Positions 60,578 through 64,000 of a stretch of DNA of 64,000 nucleotides are shown here, piece by piece. The notes under the pieces were generated by a model that did not search any database, was not told where the DNA came from, and saw only the letters and a program-made list of their open reading frames with translations. Position 1 is the first letter of the stretch. Every line of letters begins with the position of its first letter. The DNA comes from Utricularia gibba (lineage: Eukaryota; Plantae; Magnoliophyta): contig CM007990.1 of assembly GCA_002189035.1 (NCBI GenBank), forward strand, positions 5,890,001 to 5,954,000. The letters run 5' to 3'. Position numbers and translations under genes: made by a program.

Positions 60578-62429
60578 TCAGGTGTTGGCAGCCAGTGGCT
60601 TGCCCCTCCCCATGGTGAAGCCGCGGGTTCCGTCGGGCATGCGGGGTCCTCGAAACCAGCTCGACTGCGGGGCCGATGGGGTCGGAAGGCCGCGCGTGAT
60701 GGAAGCCTGCGGCTGAGGCTTTGCCTTGGGTCGCCGGCTCCAAGCATGCTTCGGTGCACCGGAGTTCGCATCGCCCTATAACGTTTTCTCCCGAGATGGC
60801 AAAGTCTTGATGTGGTTGGTGTGTATTTCTACCATGGTATCATGTTGGGGAAGGAAGCTAACCTCTGGTTCCATTGTGCTGGCCTTGTTGGCGGGCTCTT
60901 CTGGTGTCCAATCGAGGAGCCCTTCGTTCTCGGCGCAGGCGTCGAACTCGGACTTGTGGCTTTTCAGGACGGATCGGGGCTGCGGGAGATATATAATATA
61001 TAACAGGTGAGGATCACAGAAAATGGAGAAGGTGGGGATCGTGTAGCGTACCGAGCGCCGTAGCATGACTCTGACTCTCATCCCCTTCCTCCAGTTCCTC
61101 TCATCATTCAGCTTCTCAGCCTGGTGGCAATGCAGCGTTGATTGGAGAACATGTTGACGTTATTAACCCATAAAACGAAGCGAAATCTTACTGCCTTCTC
61201 GGCTGACTCTACATTCTCGTACTCAACCAGGGCATGAAGCTTCATAGAAGAAAAAAAGCGAACACTATCAGCTCCGAAGATGCTTATACCTCTCTTGAAG
61301 AATCAACCAGTTTTGTGTTTACCTTGTTGCTCACAACCGCGTCGCCCTTCGACGACCGGGATTTCGGATCTTGGGGTTGGCATATCCGTATTGATCTAAT
61401 GCTGCAGAATCAATGGAGAATCGTGATTAAAGAAACGAGATCGTGTGTGAGGAGTGCGCGCTGCACATACTCACCTCCCAACTGCATTGAATATCTTCTC
61501 TATCTTTTGGTGCGAGTGATCGTCTGGGAGATTCTCAGCGATGATGGTTCTCAGCTACACAAGATCAAGCAACATCGTCAGCGACTCGGTATTAAGATGA
61601 ATTCCGGTAGCTTCTTCTCAGGTCACCTGAAGATCCTCCTTTTCTTTCTCGGTGAAGGGCTTCCTTCGCCTCACTTTCTTGCCATCATCACTCACTTCCT
61701 AAGACAATCAAATCATCAGAACAAATTGAGACACTAATCGCTCTTTAAATCCAAACAAAGATTACCAATTTTGTCGAGAAGGAGAGGGCATGCGCCACTG
61801 TCTGATTGCTGACGTTCAGTGACTTCAGCTTTTTCAGCGTAGTGACAAAATTTATGGGAACTGCATGAGAAAAAAAAACCCATAATTACAATATTACAAA
61901 CAAACTGAAGACAAAAAATTGATTCTTTTTTCCTTCTTTGTAAGGTTCTTACCAAAACCTTCTGGATCCTTGCTCACATACTTCACCAGAGTTTCATTTG
62001 CTAGCATGCTGATATCGCTAAACATGTACTCCGCCTGCACGTATCGCTTAGTATTGATTGCAAAAAAAAGAAAAACCCTAAATTCATTGCAGAAGAAAGA
62101 ACCTGTTTAATGATCTTGTTCTTGGCCTCATCGGATATCTGAATTTCCTTAGCAGCCTTCTGGTGCAGGCTCTTGGGCGATCGCGCCTCATTCGGCACCG
62201 ACCGGGCGGCGGGGACAGAAATGGGGATGTCTTGATCGGGGGCACCAACACAAATCCACGCTCCGGTGCTCCCGTCGATGTAATGCACATAGGAATGGAA
62301 ATAGCCGGTGATCGGAAGTTGAGCCGCTGTGGGGACGAACTCCGGCGCGGCGACGTTTAGCCGGAAAGGAGCCCCCCTCCTGTCATGGAGCTCTGCGAAA
62401 TCCACGTCTCTCCTACGAAGCTGCGCCAT
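60578..62429 (-). CDS. LARP6: La-related protein 6 (LARP6c-like): PAM2, La motif, RRM and LSA motif
   Basis: PAM2 FRLNVAAPEFVP; La motif KIIKQ|AEYMFSDISMLANE..KDPEGF|VP..EVSDDGKKVRR; RRM RTIIAENLPDDHS..HALVEYE..AEKLNDERNWRKGMRVR; C-terminal GPRMPDGTRGFTMGRGK. Confidence 0.95.
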
Positions 62430-63013
62430 GGGGACAATAAAAAAATTTCCAAGTCCCAGAAAGAATCATCCAACGTAGCCAGCCCATCCAGGGAATGAAC
62501 CACGGGAAATGTATAGAGGAGAACAGAGGAATCGATGGCTCCAAGTTGATGGCGCATCAATGGCCACGACGTTTCACAGGATGCACAAATCGCGAATTGA
62601 ATCGGTCTTTTTTTCTTTTAATTTATTTAGTACACGTCAGCGTGAAGACTTCCACGTGGCCGTACAGGAATGGAGAAGCCAGTTTAAAGGGTAAAATGGG
62701 AATTTCCGCATACCACGCGTCCTTGCTTTTCCCTCATCAAATGATTGGAGTTAGGGAAATGGATGAGGATGAACGGTTGGTACTTGGTATGGATCAAGAT
62801 TAACAATCAGCACTTTTAAAAATATCTAAATTTAATTTTTTAAAAAAATATATAAAAAATAAAAAATCATATATTGAAAGTTCAAACTCATAAATTTTAA
62901 GAGATGAAAATAATATATTTTTGGGGGAAAAAAAGAAGTATTTTGTATATTGTAAATTTAATTAATGTTTTTTAATTAGAGATTAATGGAGCTTGACTGG
63001 GCTTTTGTTGTGT

Positions 63014-63724
63014 TCAGTGGGTTTGGACCAGGGCAAACCAGGGGCCCGATCCGGCAGCTTTCCGACGCAGGTATTCTTCGTTTAGTTTGGCTATAAAACC
63101 CGGCCTGGCTGCCGGTATCATCAATCACAACGGAAGAAAGTCAAAAAGCTTGATCAACTCACCAATGGCGAGCAACGTACTCCAGATCTGTAGAGGCGAG
63201 GTCGCGAAGCTGCGAACCAGGATCCGGACCTCCAACCCCTGGGTAGCCAGGAACGGGGAAGTCGCGGAGCGGAGAGAATTAGCGCGGACTTCGTCGTCGT
63301 CGTCGGACGCCGCCGTATCGCAGATCGAGGCGAAGGAGGGGTCGATGATGTCGGAGTATACTGTGTTTATGATCATGGATCGATTCTGTCCCAGCTGAGG
63401 GGGAGCCGGAACCAGATCTGATCCGATCGGGAGATCCCGTCGCTGTAACCGTCGGGTTCGTCGTTGTTTCATTTTGCTTCCGGCTAGCTGTAAATCAAGG
63501 GATCCTGCATATGCTGAGTTTACCTGTGAAAAGAAAACGAGAAGGATGAAGCCAATGTAGTCTTCGTCTTGTGTGTGTGTGTTTTATGTATGTATCAGTA
63601 GATAACTTCATCTTTTGTAAGAAACAAGGAAGCAACAGAGCTCTGGTTTCCCAAGGTATTTCTGTGTCACCGGGTCGCTGCCGCCGTGTCTCAGCCGCCG
63701 CATCAACGTCGCGGACGGAGACAT
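63014..63724 (-). CDS. Putative uncharacterised protein (tentative three-exon model)
   Basis: Phase-compatible exons 63724-63671 (MSPSATLMRRLRHGGSDP), 63487-63163 (LAGSKMKQRR...PLQIWSTLLAI, strong GTGAGT donor) and 63108-63014 (ARPGFIAKLNEEYLRRKAAG...*). GC-rich coding-like composition; family not recognised; the second intron would be only 54 nt. Confidence 0.5.
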
Positions 63725-64000
63725 TTGTTCTTATCTGAATTTTTTTTAAAAAAAATAAATTCTGAAGAAATTAATGTTTAAAATGGATAAAAAGGGAGCA
63801 CCCGAATTGAAATTTGAACCTATTTGGGGGTCGAATTGATATAATAATTAAGTTTTAATAATTTTTAAACATGTGTGTATTGTTTGGTCATTTTTGTCCA
63901 GAAACTCCACGCTAATGTTTGTTTGGTGGAGAGAACTGAGCGGTGGTGGCGCACATGTTGATATACGACGGCGACATCAGCCTTTTTTTTTTGAAGGATG

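Noticed and set aside
1-64000. A novel multi-gene system or biosynthetic cluster
   Set aside because: The genes are functionally unrelated single housekeeping or regulatory loci. There are no tandem arrays, pathway-like enzyme sets, or viral or horizontally acquired segments that I could support.

Overview
Gene-dense plant (eudicot) nuclear DNA. I count about 26 mostly spliced protein-coding loci plus one pseudogene in 64 kb, with introns mostly 70-150 nt and intergenic gaps often 200-500 bp. This fits a very compact genome such as Lentibulariaceae (inference only). Gene order: Rab GDI (3' end), a conserved unknown protein, metacaspase, CAMTA, spinster-like MFS transporter, pfkB pseudouridine kinase, ZFPL1, TFIIA-gamma, QWRF/AUG8-like, ADA1, arabinogalactan protein, SEP1, CBSX, F-box/FBD, a delta-COP pseudogene, MTR4 helicase, SPF30, GatA, YIP1-family protein, Tubby F-box, MRS2 Mg transporter, RPS28, NIPA Mg transporter, BASS transporter, a small TM protein, LARP6c-like, and an unknown gene. 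All family calls come from remembered motifs, not from database searches. I saw no tRNA, rRNA, CRISPR array or recognisable intact transposon, and no convincing new multi-gene system. The most notable observations: (1) the MRS2 has GVN in place of the GMN selectivity motif; (2) one MRS2 intron is bracketed by a perfect 12-bp direct repeat, as expected for a newly gained intron; (3) a genuine delta-COP pseudogene with a large internal deletion; (4) seven frameshifts in five otherwise intact genes, all at short G/C runs and most likely systematic assembly errors; (5) two GC-AG introns, one of which controls a GPI-anchor exon; (6) an isolated strong G-quadruplex motif.
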